DNA from: an uncultured virus (IMG/VR IMGVR_UViG_3300042363_000251)
Lineage: Duplodnaviria; Heunggongvirae; Uroviricota; Caudoviricetes
Virus record (IMG/VR): IMGVR_UViG_3300042363_000251
DNA: 20,000 nucleotides
Strand: one strand, 5' to 3'
Shown here: one piece after another, positions 8,157 through 16,577 of the stretch
How the letters are laid out: every line of letters begins with the position of its first letter
How positions within the stretch are numbered: position 1 is the first letter of the stretch
The notes under the pieces: model-generated
The model's database searches: none
Seen by the model: only the letters and a program-made list of their open reading frames with translations
Told to the model about the DNA's origin: nothing
Translations under genes and position numbers: made by a program

Positions 8157-9430
8157 TTTACAAACCTCTCAGTAACACAAGTGTCTAAAAAGTCGTAAAT
8201 ATCAGTTTGAGAAAATATACCAGTGTCTGCGATTTCCAATACACGATGACTTCCACCGTTTCTGACATAAGCTCTGCACACGACACCGGAAGCAGCATTG
8301 AACGGGGCAGTGGGCACATCAACCAGCGCACCGTGCTTGTGTTTATAATGCTCTTCCCATGCTCTTTTAGTTTGGGTAGCCAAGTTATTTTGCGTATAAA
8401 ACCCTTTACGTAATGTACCCATGATCTCATCCATAAAACTACGGAAGTTTTTATCGTTTCGGGTTTTGTAAATCTTTGTTTCAATAAACTCTTTGTAGAA
8501 GCTTTCAAAGAAACCGAATTCGGAGTTATGAAGTGGTTCTCCCGGGTAATACAAATCATGTTCAGCCGTGATATGATCTAGTACCTTACTAGACCTGGAA
8601 ACTACTGCTTGAATGTGTGTAATAGAGCCAGCTAATCCACTATTATCTTTATCTTCTTTCTTGATAAGTGTGCAGTTGTTTTTCTCAATACTTTCTACTT
8701 TAACATGATTTTCCCATGCGTCTGCATCATCTTCTTTGGTTTTACCATCAATACGAATTTTATACACATCATTACGTATCATAGTATATTCGTCAACGTT
8801 TCTTCTACCTTTTCCGTTAACGAATGTGAAAAGATCACGCGCAAAGCTACGATCAGAAGTTTCTACATACCACACAGGAACCATAAACTCTTTGTTACCA
8901 GTAATGTCTGACCATATCTTAGCAACAAAAAGAATCATTTGAGCAGTAGTATTATGTTGACCATCACATGCATGGTACCTTTCTACTCCCGGATCTTTTA
9001 CTGCAAAAACCGGACTGATTCGCCATGGATGAAAGTTTTCCAAGATTTCAAACAAGTGATTTATAATGATATCCCGCTGAATATCTAAGTCAATCACAAT
9101 TTTACTGATAGGTACTAGTTTGAAGTCAGGACGATCAGACATTTTCAATTTACCTTCAAACTTCTTTTTAATTCTGCGAATAAGAGAATCGAACCTAGGA
9201 TCCTTTTCTATTTCTTTCACCCGATCTGCAAAAGATATTTCATTGTGTGAACCAACAGACCGTTTCATTTCATTTTCAGGATAAAGAATATCAGGATCCT
9301 TAGGTTGGTGATTCCATTTAAACTTATAAGGGTCTACCTTTGCTTGTTTTGCTACTTTCTTAGCGAGAACCCGCTCTTGGTTACGGGTGATGTTGTTAGA
9401 ATCTTTTTCAAGCATTTTGTTAGCTTTCAT
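8153..9430 (-). CDS. ParB/Srx-like (DGQH-motif) protein
   Basis: LVPISKIVIDLDIQRDI...SPVFAV...YHACDGQHN...ARDLFTFVNG follows the ParB/DGQHR/DndB-like pattern; SD AAGGA. Confidence 0.7.
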   Translation of the reverse strand: MKANKMLEKDSNNITRNQERVLAKKVAKQAKVDPYKFKWNHQPKDPDILYPENEMKRSVGSHNEISFADRVKEIEKDPRFDSLIRRIKKKFEGKLKMSDRPDFKLVPISKIVIDLDIQRDIIINHLFEILENFHPWRISPVFAVKDPGVERYHACDGQHNTTAQMILFVAKIWSDITGNKEFMVPVWYVETSDRSFARDLFTFVNGKGRRNVDEYTMIRNDVYKIRIDGKTKEDDADAWENHVKVESIEKNNCTLIKKEDKDNSGLAGSITHIQAVVSRSSKVLDHITAEHDLYYPGEPLHNSEFGFFESFYKEFIETKIYKTRNDKNFRSFMDEIMGTLRKGFYTQNNLATQTKRAWEEHYKHKHGALVDVPTAPFNAASGVVCRAYVRNGGSHRVLEIADTGIFSQTDIYDFLDTCVTERFVK

Positions 9431-9465
9431 GACATTCCTTATTGAAGTAAAGTTATAGTTTCTAT

Positions 9466-9497
9466 ATAGTATTAGATAAATTGAGTATTGTCAAGCT
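9466..9497 (-). promoter_or_regulatory. early promoter, copy 5 (divergent)
   Basis: AGCTTGACA-N17-TACTAT. Confidence 0.65.
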
Positions 9498-9528
9498 TTT
9501 TTAAAAATATTTTATAAAACCACTGAGC

Positions 9529-9576
9529 TAAGTTACTGATTTACAAACATAATTTTAACAAAGAATCAATAACTTA
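9529..9576. promoter_or_regulatory. inverted pair of IHF-consensus boxes
   Basis: TAAGTTACTGATT (9529-9541) and AATCAATAACTTA (9564-9576). Confidence 0.6.
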
Positions 9577-9636
9577 CGTTACCTGCGTGAAATCTTAACC
9601 AGAGATCATAGTCAACATGCTCAAGCAATAACAGCC

Positions 9637-9711
9637 AAAAAGAAACCCCATTGAAATCAACAACTTACTAAAAACATCTGATTCTGTAAGTTGCTGATTT
9701 CTTTGGGGTTT
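9637..9711 (-). terminator. long hairpin / terminator after rIIB, with an IHF box in each arm
   Basis: 26-bp arms 9643-9668 and 9686-9711 (3 differences), followed by CTTTTT on the minus strand. Confidence 0.65.
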
Positions 9712-9716
9712 GTTAA

Positions 9717-10559
9717 TTACTCAGTAGTAGCTAGAGCCTGTGCTTTACGCTGATTCAACACTTCCTGAATCAAGCGGGCTACTTCTACTCGCTCGGCATC
9801 AGTCAGTACACTTGCTTCACGTACAGCAGCTTCCTGAACCGACTTAGCAAAAGCTTCGTCAGCCTTGTCCTTGTCAATCTCGTCCACTACTTCGTAACAA
9901 CATGCACGACCTTTTGAATCGTTGTAGTCGTTAGGAATTGACACAACATCACGGGGGTTGATCTTAACGATCACGATACGCGCACCACCAAAGTGGTTCA
10001 AGTAATCGCGTGAGCAAAAGTGCAAGCCAGTAGAACAAGTTTGGTTCTGATCGTCATCCACTCGGTTGCGTTCCATTTCTACTACCTGACCCACTGAGTT
10101 ATTCATTTTGCCAGTGTGACAGTCAGTATAGTCCTGACGAATTTTCTTGTAAGCCAAGAATGAGCCGTCGGGAGTAATCGGCAAACTGTTCTTTTCCAAG
10201 AAGCCATAAAGTTCAGTCACAGCCCGCTTGCTAGGGTTCTGCATCAAGTTCTCCATGAACGCTACCATGGGCTTGACATCAAAACCGTCTTGCAGCATAC
10301 GGATCATGCGAGTAGCTAATGAGTTATGGAACTCTTCGCCTTTCCAGTACATAGTATCACCTTGAACAGCAATGTTGCCATTACCGTATTCCAAGATTAC
10401 CTGTTTGGGATCAATAATGCTGTCTACAGTTTCCCAATCGTTTGCTTTGATAGCATCAACCACACGCTGATACATGGGGTGCGCCCTGCTTACCACGTGC
10501 GGCTTAGAGCCAATTACTACTGTTACTTGCGACCCTTGTACGATATAGGGGTATGCCAT
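9717..10559 (-). CDS. rIIB: rIIB-like protein
   Basis: FLAYKKIR.DYTD.HTG, CSTGLHFCS, KINPRDVVSIPNDY, KGRAC.YEV; lies directly after rIIA. Start MAYPY at 10559 after SD AAGGTG. Confidence 0.9.
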   Translation of the reverse strand: MAYPYIVQGSQVTVVIGSKPHVVSRAHPMYQRVVDAIKANDWETVDSIIDPKQVILEYGNGNIAVQGDTMYWKGEEFHNSLATRMIRMLQDGFDVKPMVAFMENLMQNPSKRAVTELYGFLEKNSLPITPDGSFLAYKKIRQDYTDCHTGKMNNSVGQVVEMERNRVDDDQNQTCSTGLHFCSRDYLNHFGGARIVIVKINPRDVVSIPNDYNDSKGRACCYEVVDEIDKDKADEAFAKSVQEAAVREASVLTDAERVEVARLIQEVLNQRKAQALATTE

Positions 10560-10560
10560 T

Positions 10561-12693
10561 TTATTCACCTTTCTGGTTGTTAATAATATTGTCGATCATG
10601 TTAATGTAATTCGCTACTTCCTGATCAGGGGCATAACGAATGTATTGCGCAAGAGGATAACGATTGTTAAGCTCGGTCACTTCTTGTTTGTACTTAGCAA
10701 CGGTTGCTGTAACGTCAATATTTGTGTTTGTTTGAACCTTGTATTGATTACATAACCATTGGACTGCATATTGAACTTTACTATCTACTTTCTTAACATC
10801 TTTGAATTCTGTGTGCAGCTTGAGATACGGGCTGTCAGCATTCACTTTACTAAACACATTGTACTTGTAAACTTCACCAAAGTCAATAGCTGATTTGATC
10901 AAACCCATTATCTGTTCATTACCGAATTTCTTCAGTTCCTGTTCAACATACGTGTCCAGATGAACCCAGTTTGTCATGGATTCTACTTCTGCTAAGTCTG
11001 CTTTACGCACACCAAAAACCTCAACCCTGATGTTTGCATCGTTCATATATTGACGCAATGCTTTTACGTTATCAACTTTACCCAAAGATCCAAAGCCTTT
11101 GATGGGCAAGTAGTAGTGAGTTTCAGTTTTGCTAAAATCGTTTAGCTTGCCATTGGCGCGCCAAACCATGTCCTCACTGTTACTTCTGCCGCCCCTACGC
11201 TCCAAGTGCATAATGCTAACGTTCTTAGCCATACCTGCTTTGCGCGGCTTTTCATCAAGTGTACTTGCAAGACAAATTTGTGCTTGGGGTGGATTCCTGA
11301 TTGCTGTAAAAAACGCAGCAGTATCCATTGCTTTAGTCTTGTCAGTAGGAGAAAGTACATACACTCTTTGATGAGTAATATTCTTGTTTTTCCAATGATA
11401 CTTTGCACGTTCATAAGCACCTGTTTTGGTATCCTGAATTACAAAGTTGAGTTTTTCGTAAGGAGTAAAACTCCAAACAGCTTCGTATTCCCGCGTTTCT
11501 GTATTGTAAACACTATCTGAATTCTCAGTAGAACACCTGCTTCTATAGTCAGAATCAAACGCTTTAACAGTAATGTTGTACCGTGATGCCAAATCACTTA
11601 CTTTGATCTTAAAGGCTTGCGGATACAAGGAATACCCACCATTATTTTGAAACATGTCAAAATTTGTGTTCTGAATATACTGATATACTGCATCACGCCA
11701 CATATTAGACTGAGACTTGTTGACCAAGAAATAAGTACGTTCCCACAAGTTTTTAATCTTGTCAGCTTCAGTAGCTATATGTACTGTAAGTTGGTCACGC
11801 AACTGTTCAAGCTTTCGCTTGATTGCTTCTACTGTCATAGGAATGTAGCTCAAACCTTCACGCGATGCCTGAAAGTCCAGTTCGCCGATTGCAAATTCCA
11901 TTACCAATCCGCAGTTGAGCAGACTACGCAAATCACCTAGTGTTTGGTTACTGTCAGGGATGCGAATCGGATAACCAATGTTACCCATGATAGCAACACT
12001 GTTGTTCAAGCCTTTTACTAGATGCACACCTGGAACAACATCACGAGTTTCATACTCAAAGTTATCAAACTTGAACCTGCTGTTACCAGAAACAACAGGC
12101 TTGTGCTTGAAGGTGCGATACACAAAAATAGCTTCTTGGCAGAAGTCATTAAAGTCATACTGATTTTCTACAGCAAACCTAATTTCTACACCAGCGGGGT
12201 CAGTAGTTTCTTCTTGTGCCATGAGTGCAATACTGGGTACACCATGCTCGTTAATAAACGCGGTGTAAACGCCTTTGATGCCATCTTTGATTGCGGTTAC
12301 CGTAAAGTTATCGGTATAGCTGAAGGGAGACTTTGAACCCAGACCCAGTGCACCAACAAAGTCATTGCTGCCAGTCTTGGTACTTTCAAAGAAAGTAGTA
12401 AAGATGTTGGTTACTTCATTATCACTCAAACCCACGCCATAGTCGCGGATTGAAAAGTAAGATTCAAGTGAGTTGGGCAGATGTACGTCAAACGGAGTTT
12501 CGGTTTTACCTGCAGCAACGTGACTGTCGTATGCGTTACAAGAAAGCTCACGCACGATTGCGCGAATCTTGTTGGCGTACAAGCCGTCAGCTAGAATGCG
12601 GAAAGATTTTGCAGTAGCTTTGATCTTGAAGTCGGTAGTAGCACCAACATTGCTCAAAATCGCTTCGTTTTCAACTTGCTTAGTGAGGATCAT
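10561..12693 (-). CDS. rIIA: rIIA-like protein (N-terminal GHKL ATPase)
   Basis: LYANKIRAIVRELSCNAYD, IRDYGVG, STK...GALGLGSKSPFSY. Confidence 0.9.
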   Translation of the reverse strand: MILTKQVENEAILSNVGATTDFKIKATAKSFRILADGLYANKIRAIVRELSCNAYDSHVAAGKTETPFDVHLPNSLESYFSIRDYGVGLSDNEVTNIFTTFFESTKTGSNDFVGALGLGSKSPFSYTDNFTVTAIKDGIKGVYTAFINEHGVPSIALMAQEETTDPAGVEIRFAVENQYDFNDFCQEAIFVYRTFKHKPVVSGNSRFKFDNFEYETRDVVPGVHLVKGLNNSVAIMGNIGYPIRIPDSNQTLGDLRSLLNCGLVMEFAIGELDFQASREGLSYIPMTVEAIKRKLEQLRDQLTVHIATEADKIKNLWERTYFLVNKSQSNMWRDAVYQYIQNTNFDMFQNNGGYSLYPQAFKIKVSDLASRYNITVKAFDSDYRSRCSTENSDSVYNTETREYEAVWSFTPYEKLNFVIQDTKTGAYERAKYHWKNKNITHQRVYVLSPTDKTKAMDTAAFFTAIRNPPQAQICLASTLDEKPRKAGMAKNVSIMHLERRGGRSNSEDMVWRANGKLNDFSKTETHYYLPIKGFGSLGKVDNVKALRQYMNDANIRVEVFGVRKADLAEVESMTNWVHLDTYVEQELKKFGNEQIMGLIKSAIDFGEVYKYNVFSKVNADSPYLKLHTEFKDVKKVDSKVQYAVQWLCNQYKVQTNTNIDVTATVAKYKQEVTELNNRYPLAQYIRYAPDQEVANYINMIDNIINNQKGE

Positions 12694-12725
12694 TTAAGAT
12701 TCCTTTGTTCAGTGAATATGTGATT

Positions 12726-12758
12726 ATTATAACAGATTTGGAACTAAAGTCAAGCCTT
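12726..12758 (-). promoter_or_regulatory. repeated early promoter, copy 6
   Basis: TTGACT-N16-TATAAT with TG. The upstream gene's TAA overlaps AAGGCTTGAC. Confidence 0.85.
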
Positions 12759-12975
12759 ATTCACAAGTTTCTACGGTTGAGTCAGGCTTGAATTTTGGTG
12801 CGAAGCCCCAACCATGGTAGTCTACCCCGTGTCCATGATAGTAGTAAACTACTCCATTTAAACAAACTTCCGGGAGAGATGTCTCTATTCTACCAGCACT
12901 GTCTCTGACCCGATCATCAGCAGGTGAACAAGCAACCATTAAGCTCAGTGATAATAGGATAAATGCGGTTTTCAT
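12757..12975 (-). CDS. putative lipoprotein
   Basis: MKTAFILLSLSLMVA-C lipobox-type signal, two further Cys, SD AAGGAG. Confidence 0.75.
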   Translation of the reverse strand: MKTAFILLSLSLMVACSPADDRVRDSAGRIETSLPEVCLNGVVYYYHGHGVDYHGWGFAPKFKPDSTVETCE

Positions 12976-13007
12976 GTTATTGCTCCTTATTCGTTGACTA
13001 TAAAGCT

Positions 13008-13040
13008 ATTATACACTATTTGGGCGAGAAGTCAAGTCTT
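13008..13040 (-). promoter_or_regulatory. repeated early promoter, copy 7
   Basis: TTGACT-N16-TATAAT. Confidence 0.85.
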
Positions 13041-13041
13041 T

Positions 13042-13146
13042 TTAGAAGTCGGGATAACCGTCACCTGCCATAGCAATCTTAGAGTAGGCTTCTTGTTCAG
13101 TAAGCGGTACACAGTTGTGTTGTGCTAAGATTTCAGGACCTACTAC
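13042..13146 (-). pseudogene. possible 3' remnant of a disrupted gene
   Basis: Frame VVGPEILAQHNCVPLTEQEAYSKIAMAGDGYPDF* ends next to promoter copy 7, as other cargo genes do, but has no credible start or SD. Confidence 0.35.
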
Positions 13147-13156
13147 ATGTATACAG

Positions 13157-13163
13157 CTAAATA
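13157..13163 (+). promoter_or_regulatory. T4-type late promoter-like motif
   Basis: CTAAATA 4 nt before ATG 13168, flanked by the inverted repeat ATACAG/CTGTAT. Confidence 0.5.
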
Positions 13164-13167
13164 CTGT

Positions 13168-13419
13168 ATGCAATGGACACACATCAATGATCAGCTACAG
13201 TATGCTCAACAAGCACTGGGTCTGTCTGATCACGGAATGGTATCAAACTTGTATATACAAGGTCCACATGGTACAGTACGGGCATATGACATAGGTTGGA
13301 TTGATGCAGGATACTATGAGCAATATCCGGATAGATTATGGGATCTCTATCTAGATATACTAGCAGTACTAGACGGACACTATCACTGCTGTTTATCAGG
13401 GCGTGTTTGGAATCTTTGA
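13168..13419 (+). CDS. hypothetical protein on the opposite strand
   Basis: Track ORF 13147..13419; start probably MQWTH at 13168. No competing long minus-strand ORF over most of its length. Confidence 0.6.
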   Translation: MQWTHINDQLQYAQQALGLSDHGMVSNLYIQGPHGTVRAYDIGWIDAGYYEQYPDRLWDLYLDILAVLDGHYHCCLSGRVWNL

Positions 13420-13607
13420 AAGCGTCTCTGTTGCCACCACATGAGCCAAGGACTTACATGTGCGATAGCCATAACCAACCACATCGTGGGCATCTCTAGT
13501 GTAAATCCGCCACACATACTGTGATGTGTGAGTGCATAGCTGAGTATTGCCCCCAATAAGAACATGGGTGCTGGTGCTAGACTAAAAAAGGTATTGACTG
13601 TTCTCAT
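13383..13607 (-). CDS. small membrane protein (2 TM)
   Basis: Two hydrophobic stretches; GATAAATA-N5-ATG upstream. Confidence 0.7.
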   Translation of the reverse strand: MRTVNTFFSLAPAPMFLLGAILSYALTHHSMCGGFTLEMPTMWLVMAIAHVSPWLMWWQQRRFQRFQTRPDKQQ

Positions 13608-13609
13608 AC

Positions 13610-13647
13610 AGATATTTATCTGAGATATTTATCTGAGATATTTATCT
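13610..13647. repeat. 13-bp tandem repeat x3 (AGATATTTATCTG)
   Basis: Read directly. Each unit carries GATAAATA on the minus strand and is near-palindromic. Confidence 0.9.
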
Positions 13648-13671
13648 CCCGTTTCATCAATTTATATAACT

Positions 13672-13743
13672 ATTATAGCAGAAATGGGTAGAAAGTCAAG
13701 CCTTTTTATATAAAAAGATTTCTTTAATAAAATCAATAACTTA
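13672..13743 (-). promoter_or_regulatory. repeated early promoter, copy 8, with IHF-consensus box
   Basis: TTGACT-N16-TATAAT with TG; AATCAATAACTTA at 13731-13743. Confidence 0.85.
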
Positions 13744-14091
13744 CCAATATACCGTGATACTAAACTTATTATCAGGGTCTTCTTCATCAAGAAGGCTGTA
13801 TATTGTTTTAAAATATTGTATATCAGAATTATGTTTTACCATTCTGAGAACATATCCATTTTCAGACAACTTATTACAAATAATTTTATGAGCACCCTCA
13901 AGATTGCTTACAGGTTTACTAGAAGGGAATATTGATATGTACCCATAGTTGCCAAGTGCTTCATCTAAGTAAATATGATGCTGACCCGACATAGCAGCAC
14001 TATCTATCTGTTGAGATATAAATTCCAAAACTCTTTCAATTTTAGCTGCTGAGTTATCTGTTTTTTCTCTTGCTTGTGTTGCTGTAATCAT
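13741..14091 (-). CDS. hypothetical protein
   Basis: 116 aa; SD AAGGAG; ATGA overlap; stop codon in the IHF-like box. Confidence 0.8.
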   Translation of the reverse strand: MITATQAREKTDNSAAKIERVLEFISQQIDSAAMSGQHHIYLDEALGNYGYISIFPSSKPVSNLEGAHKIICNKLSENGYVLRMVKHNSDIQYFKTIYSLLDEEDPDNKFSITVYW

Positions 14092-14279
14092 GCTTGCTCC
14101 TTGTCCAGAATCTCGTCCAGAATAGATTTAATTTCCACCAATCGTCTTTCCCAACGTTCCATCATGCGTCTAAAGTCTTCAATTGCTTCTTCATCGTGAA
14201 ACGTGTCACCACTAAATAAAGCAGCGTCTATTTCGTCAATAGCACCATCAACCAACTCTTTATAATCAATATTCATCAT
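14088..14279 (-). CDS. small acidic hypothetical protein
   Basis: 63 aa, coupled at both ends. Confidence 0.75.
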   Translation of the reverse strand: MMNIDYKELVDGAIDEIDAALFSGDTFHDEEAIEDFRRMMERWERRLVEIKSILDEILDKEQA

Positions 14280-14326
14280 ACACCTACCATATCAGTTAAA
14301 ATTTCCCATTCTTCACAATCATTCAT
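14276..14326 (-). CDS. 16-aa micro-ORF
   Basis: MNDCEEWEILTDMVGV, with ATGA overlaps to both neighbours. Confidence 0.45.
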   Translation of the reverse strand: MNDCEEWEILTDMVGV

Positions 14327-14631
14327 GGTATTGAAGTCCTCCCCATTTCAGGTATAAAAACTTCACCTATGAACCTGAGATTATTATCTTTAGTATGCTT
14401 CATATGTCCCGCGATTGCTTCTTCCCAAGTGTCGTAACGCTCTAACACATCGCTACCATCTTTACAAAAGATGCAAGTTTCAAACTTGTAGCCAAGATGC
14501 AATCCATACTTTTCCATCGTGTTAATTTTAGGCATTTCTGTGGTATATAAAGTCACATCGGCAGGAAACATCCACTCCCAGTGTTTAACTGAGTTGTTGC
14601 TTTCACATTGTCGTCTTGCTGATATTTCCAT
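14323..14631 (-). CDS. hypothetical protein
   Basis: 102 aa containing FETCIF...ERYDTWEEAIAGH. Confidence 0.75.
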   Translation of the reverse strand: MEISARRQCESNNSVKHWEWMFPADVTLYTTEMPKINTMEKYGLHLGYKFETCIFCKDGSDVLERYDTWEEAIAGHMKHTKDNNLRFIGEVFIPEMGRTSIP

Positions 14632-14633
14632 TA

Positions 14634-14828
14634 TTAATCTTTTTCTGAAAATTTGTTAAGAGGGTCGCCTAAATATTTATGTATCATTTTTTCTATCCAA
14701 GCGGTACAATTCCAAACTAATTCTAAAAGTTGGCGAATGACAAACAACACACAAACACTTATCGCAATAAGTAACATGGGAATAAACACCAAATACCATC
14801 GCCATGATCTTTTAATTTTCATCATCAT
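14634..14828 (-). CDS. small membrane protein
   Basis: Basic N-terminus followed by one TM segment. Confidence 0.7.
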   Translation of the reverse strand: MMMKIKRSWRWYLVFIPMLLIAISVCVLFVIRQLLELVWNCTAWIEKMIHKYLGDPLNKFSEKD

Positions 14829-14968
14829 CGGCAGTGTGTATGTGTAGTTTTAGTTAATAACGATATATGGTCTATTAACTGTTGAGCCACTATCTCAAGT
14901 TTTTCAATACGGAGATTGCTTTCTTCTGTAAGACGAATAGCTTCCGCAATTTGTTCTTCAATTGTCAT
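14825..14968 (-). CDS. small helical hypothetical protein (47 aa)
   Basis: Not in the ORF track: MTIEEQIAEAIRLTEESNLRIEKLEIVAQQLIDHISLLTKTTHTHCR, with ATGA overlaps at both ends. Confidence 0.7.
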   Translation of the reverse strand: MTIEEQIAEAIRLTEESNLRIEKLEIVAQQLIDHISLLTKTTHTHCR

Positions 14969-15252
14969 ACTGGGTCCTTTACATAAGTTGACAGAATCCA
15001 CTTAGCACGATTTAGTGCTTGGCGAACATCTTCCACAGTCATAAGATCGTATGTGCCGCCGTTATCACTGTTCAGCATTGCCTGACAGTCTGACATAATG
15101 CTCATAGCAATCATAGCAGCATCTCGGTGAAAAGATGAGATGCCACTGAATATTTCACGTTCTACAGTTTCGCGCATATCGGATACTGAGCAGCCATACA
15201 TACGAACTTCGTTACGCTCTTGATCATTCATTTCAGCGAAAAGCTTAGTCAT
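14965..15252 (-). CDS. hypothetical protein
   Basis: 95 aa; SD GGAGAG after promoter copy 9. Confidence 0.8.
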   Translation of the reverse strand: MTKLFAEMNDQERNEVRMYGCSVSDMRETVEREIFSGISSFHRDAAMIAMSIMSDCQAMLNSDNGGTYDLMTVEDVRQALNRAKWILSTYVKDPV

Positions 15253-15286
15253 GTCTTATCTCTCCGTTAATCAACTTTATAATACT

Positions 15287-15319
15287 ATTATAGCAGAAAT
15301 GGGCAAGAAGTCAAGCCTT
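15287..15319 (-). promoter_or_regulatory. repeated early promoter, copy 9
   Basis: TTGACT-N16-TATAAT with TG; degenerate box AATCAAGCACCTG at 15343. Confidence 0.85.
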
Positions 15320-15344
15320 TTATATAAATAAAACGCTTGAAAAA

Positions 15345-15659
15345 TCAAGCACCTGTATCAAATGTTCCGCCCACGCCAACTATTGCCGCCGCGAACCATT
15401 CATAAAAAGCAGTTGCTTCAGCTTGCGGTGTACTGTACATTGGCCATTCTCGTCTGTCACCGCCCAAACTTTCAACCAAATGATTAATCAGATAGTCACG
15501 AGCAGCAGTGTCCCTAATGCTACCATCAGCCAACTCACCAATCAGTATGCCTGACTTTTTGATTATAGAAACCAGATACTCTTCTGGTAGTGTAGTGCCG
15601 AAGTATTCACTTAACACATCAGCCGCTGGTTCGCAGTCTATTTCAATTGTAAATTTCAT
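15345..15659 (-). CDS. hypothetical protein
   Basis: 104 aa; TAATG overlap with the ligase gene. Confidence 0.75.
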   Translation of the reverse strand: MKFTIEIDCEPAADVLSEYFGTTLPEEYLVSIIKKSGILIGELADGSIRDTAARDYLINHLVESLGGDRREWPMYSTPQAEATAFYEWFAAAIVGVGGTFDTGA

Positions 15660-16576
15660 TACATATTCTCCAAAAAGTTACGGCACCATGCCAATCGCGC
15701 TTGTTCATCCAGTGTAGTGAATTCGTCAATTTTAGCACGAATCTCGTTAAGCAAAGGATAGTATTCCTCGTCTAAAATCTCATATGCTGCCTGTGTCAAC
15801 AGCTTATCAGTGCGAGGGTTACGAGCTACAAACTTTTGTGCCAAATAGTACTTTGTCTTGATCTTTGCAGCACGACCGTCCATATGATAAAACACCACAC
15901 CTTCTCTACGTGAAGTCAACATAGACTTTTCCAATTCAGCTACAGTAGTTACCATATAGCTGGGTACAGGATTAACCTTCATCCATCGTGCCTTTCTGAT
16001 CAGATCACATGCAATTGTTTCGTATGCCATATGACGCATATCAGAGTACCAGTCGTTGATACGATATCCCAGGTAATACAATCCTGCTTGTTCAGGAATG
16101 ATATGTGGATCTGACGGATGCACTACTTCAAACAGCAATGTCACTTTGCCGTTCTGACAAAAATGCTTTATCACAAACACATCAGCCGTATCTAAAATCA
16201 TCCGTTCTGCCATTACAGCAAAGTCAGAGTCCAGTGAACCAGTAGTAGATACTAGCAACTCGTCCTTATAAGTAGTCACTGATGCCATGAAGCCGTTGAC
16301 TTTATCATAAGCCAAAACTACATCGTTGGGCTGGAACACAGGAGCACGATCTTCAATACCGTGGTTATAGATTTTTGTGAATGGCCGCACGATCACGTTG
16401 AAGTCACGATCAATTACGGTGCCTCGGCACTCTTCCAGATACTCGTTCCAAAGTGCGTCAAAGAATACCCGCCGCTTGTACTTTAATACAAACAAGCCAG
16501 GATAGCGCGTGGACTCGCGCATAGTTACTAAGTCTGGATTCTGTTCTACAAAAGCTTTCAGTTCTAACCGACCCAT
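15659..16576 (-). CDS. RNA ligase, T4 Rnl1-like
   Basis: ECRG.VID, PFTKIYN, motif I DKVNG, LLFEVVHP.DPHII, REGVVF, KIKT. Start reassigned to MGRLE at 16576 because the track extension overlaps a Cys-rich ORF. Confidence 0.85.
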   Translation of the reverse strand: MGRLELKAFVEQNPDLVTMRESTRYPGLFVLKYKRRVFFDALWNEYLEECRGTVIDRDFNVIVRPFTKIYNHGIEDRAPVFQPNDVVLAYDKVNGFMASVTTYKDELLVSTTGSLDSDFAVMAERMILDTADVFVIKHFCQNGKVTLLFEVVHPSDPHIIPEQAGLYYLGYRINDWYSDMRHMAYETIACDLIRKARWMKVNPVPSYMVTTVAELEKSMLTSRREGVVFYHMDGRAAKIKTKYYLAQKFVARNPRTDKLLTQAAYEILDEEYYPLLNEIRAKIDEFTTLDEQARLAWCRNFLENM

Positions 16577-16577
16577 T

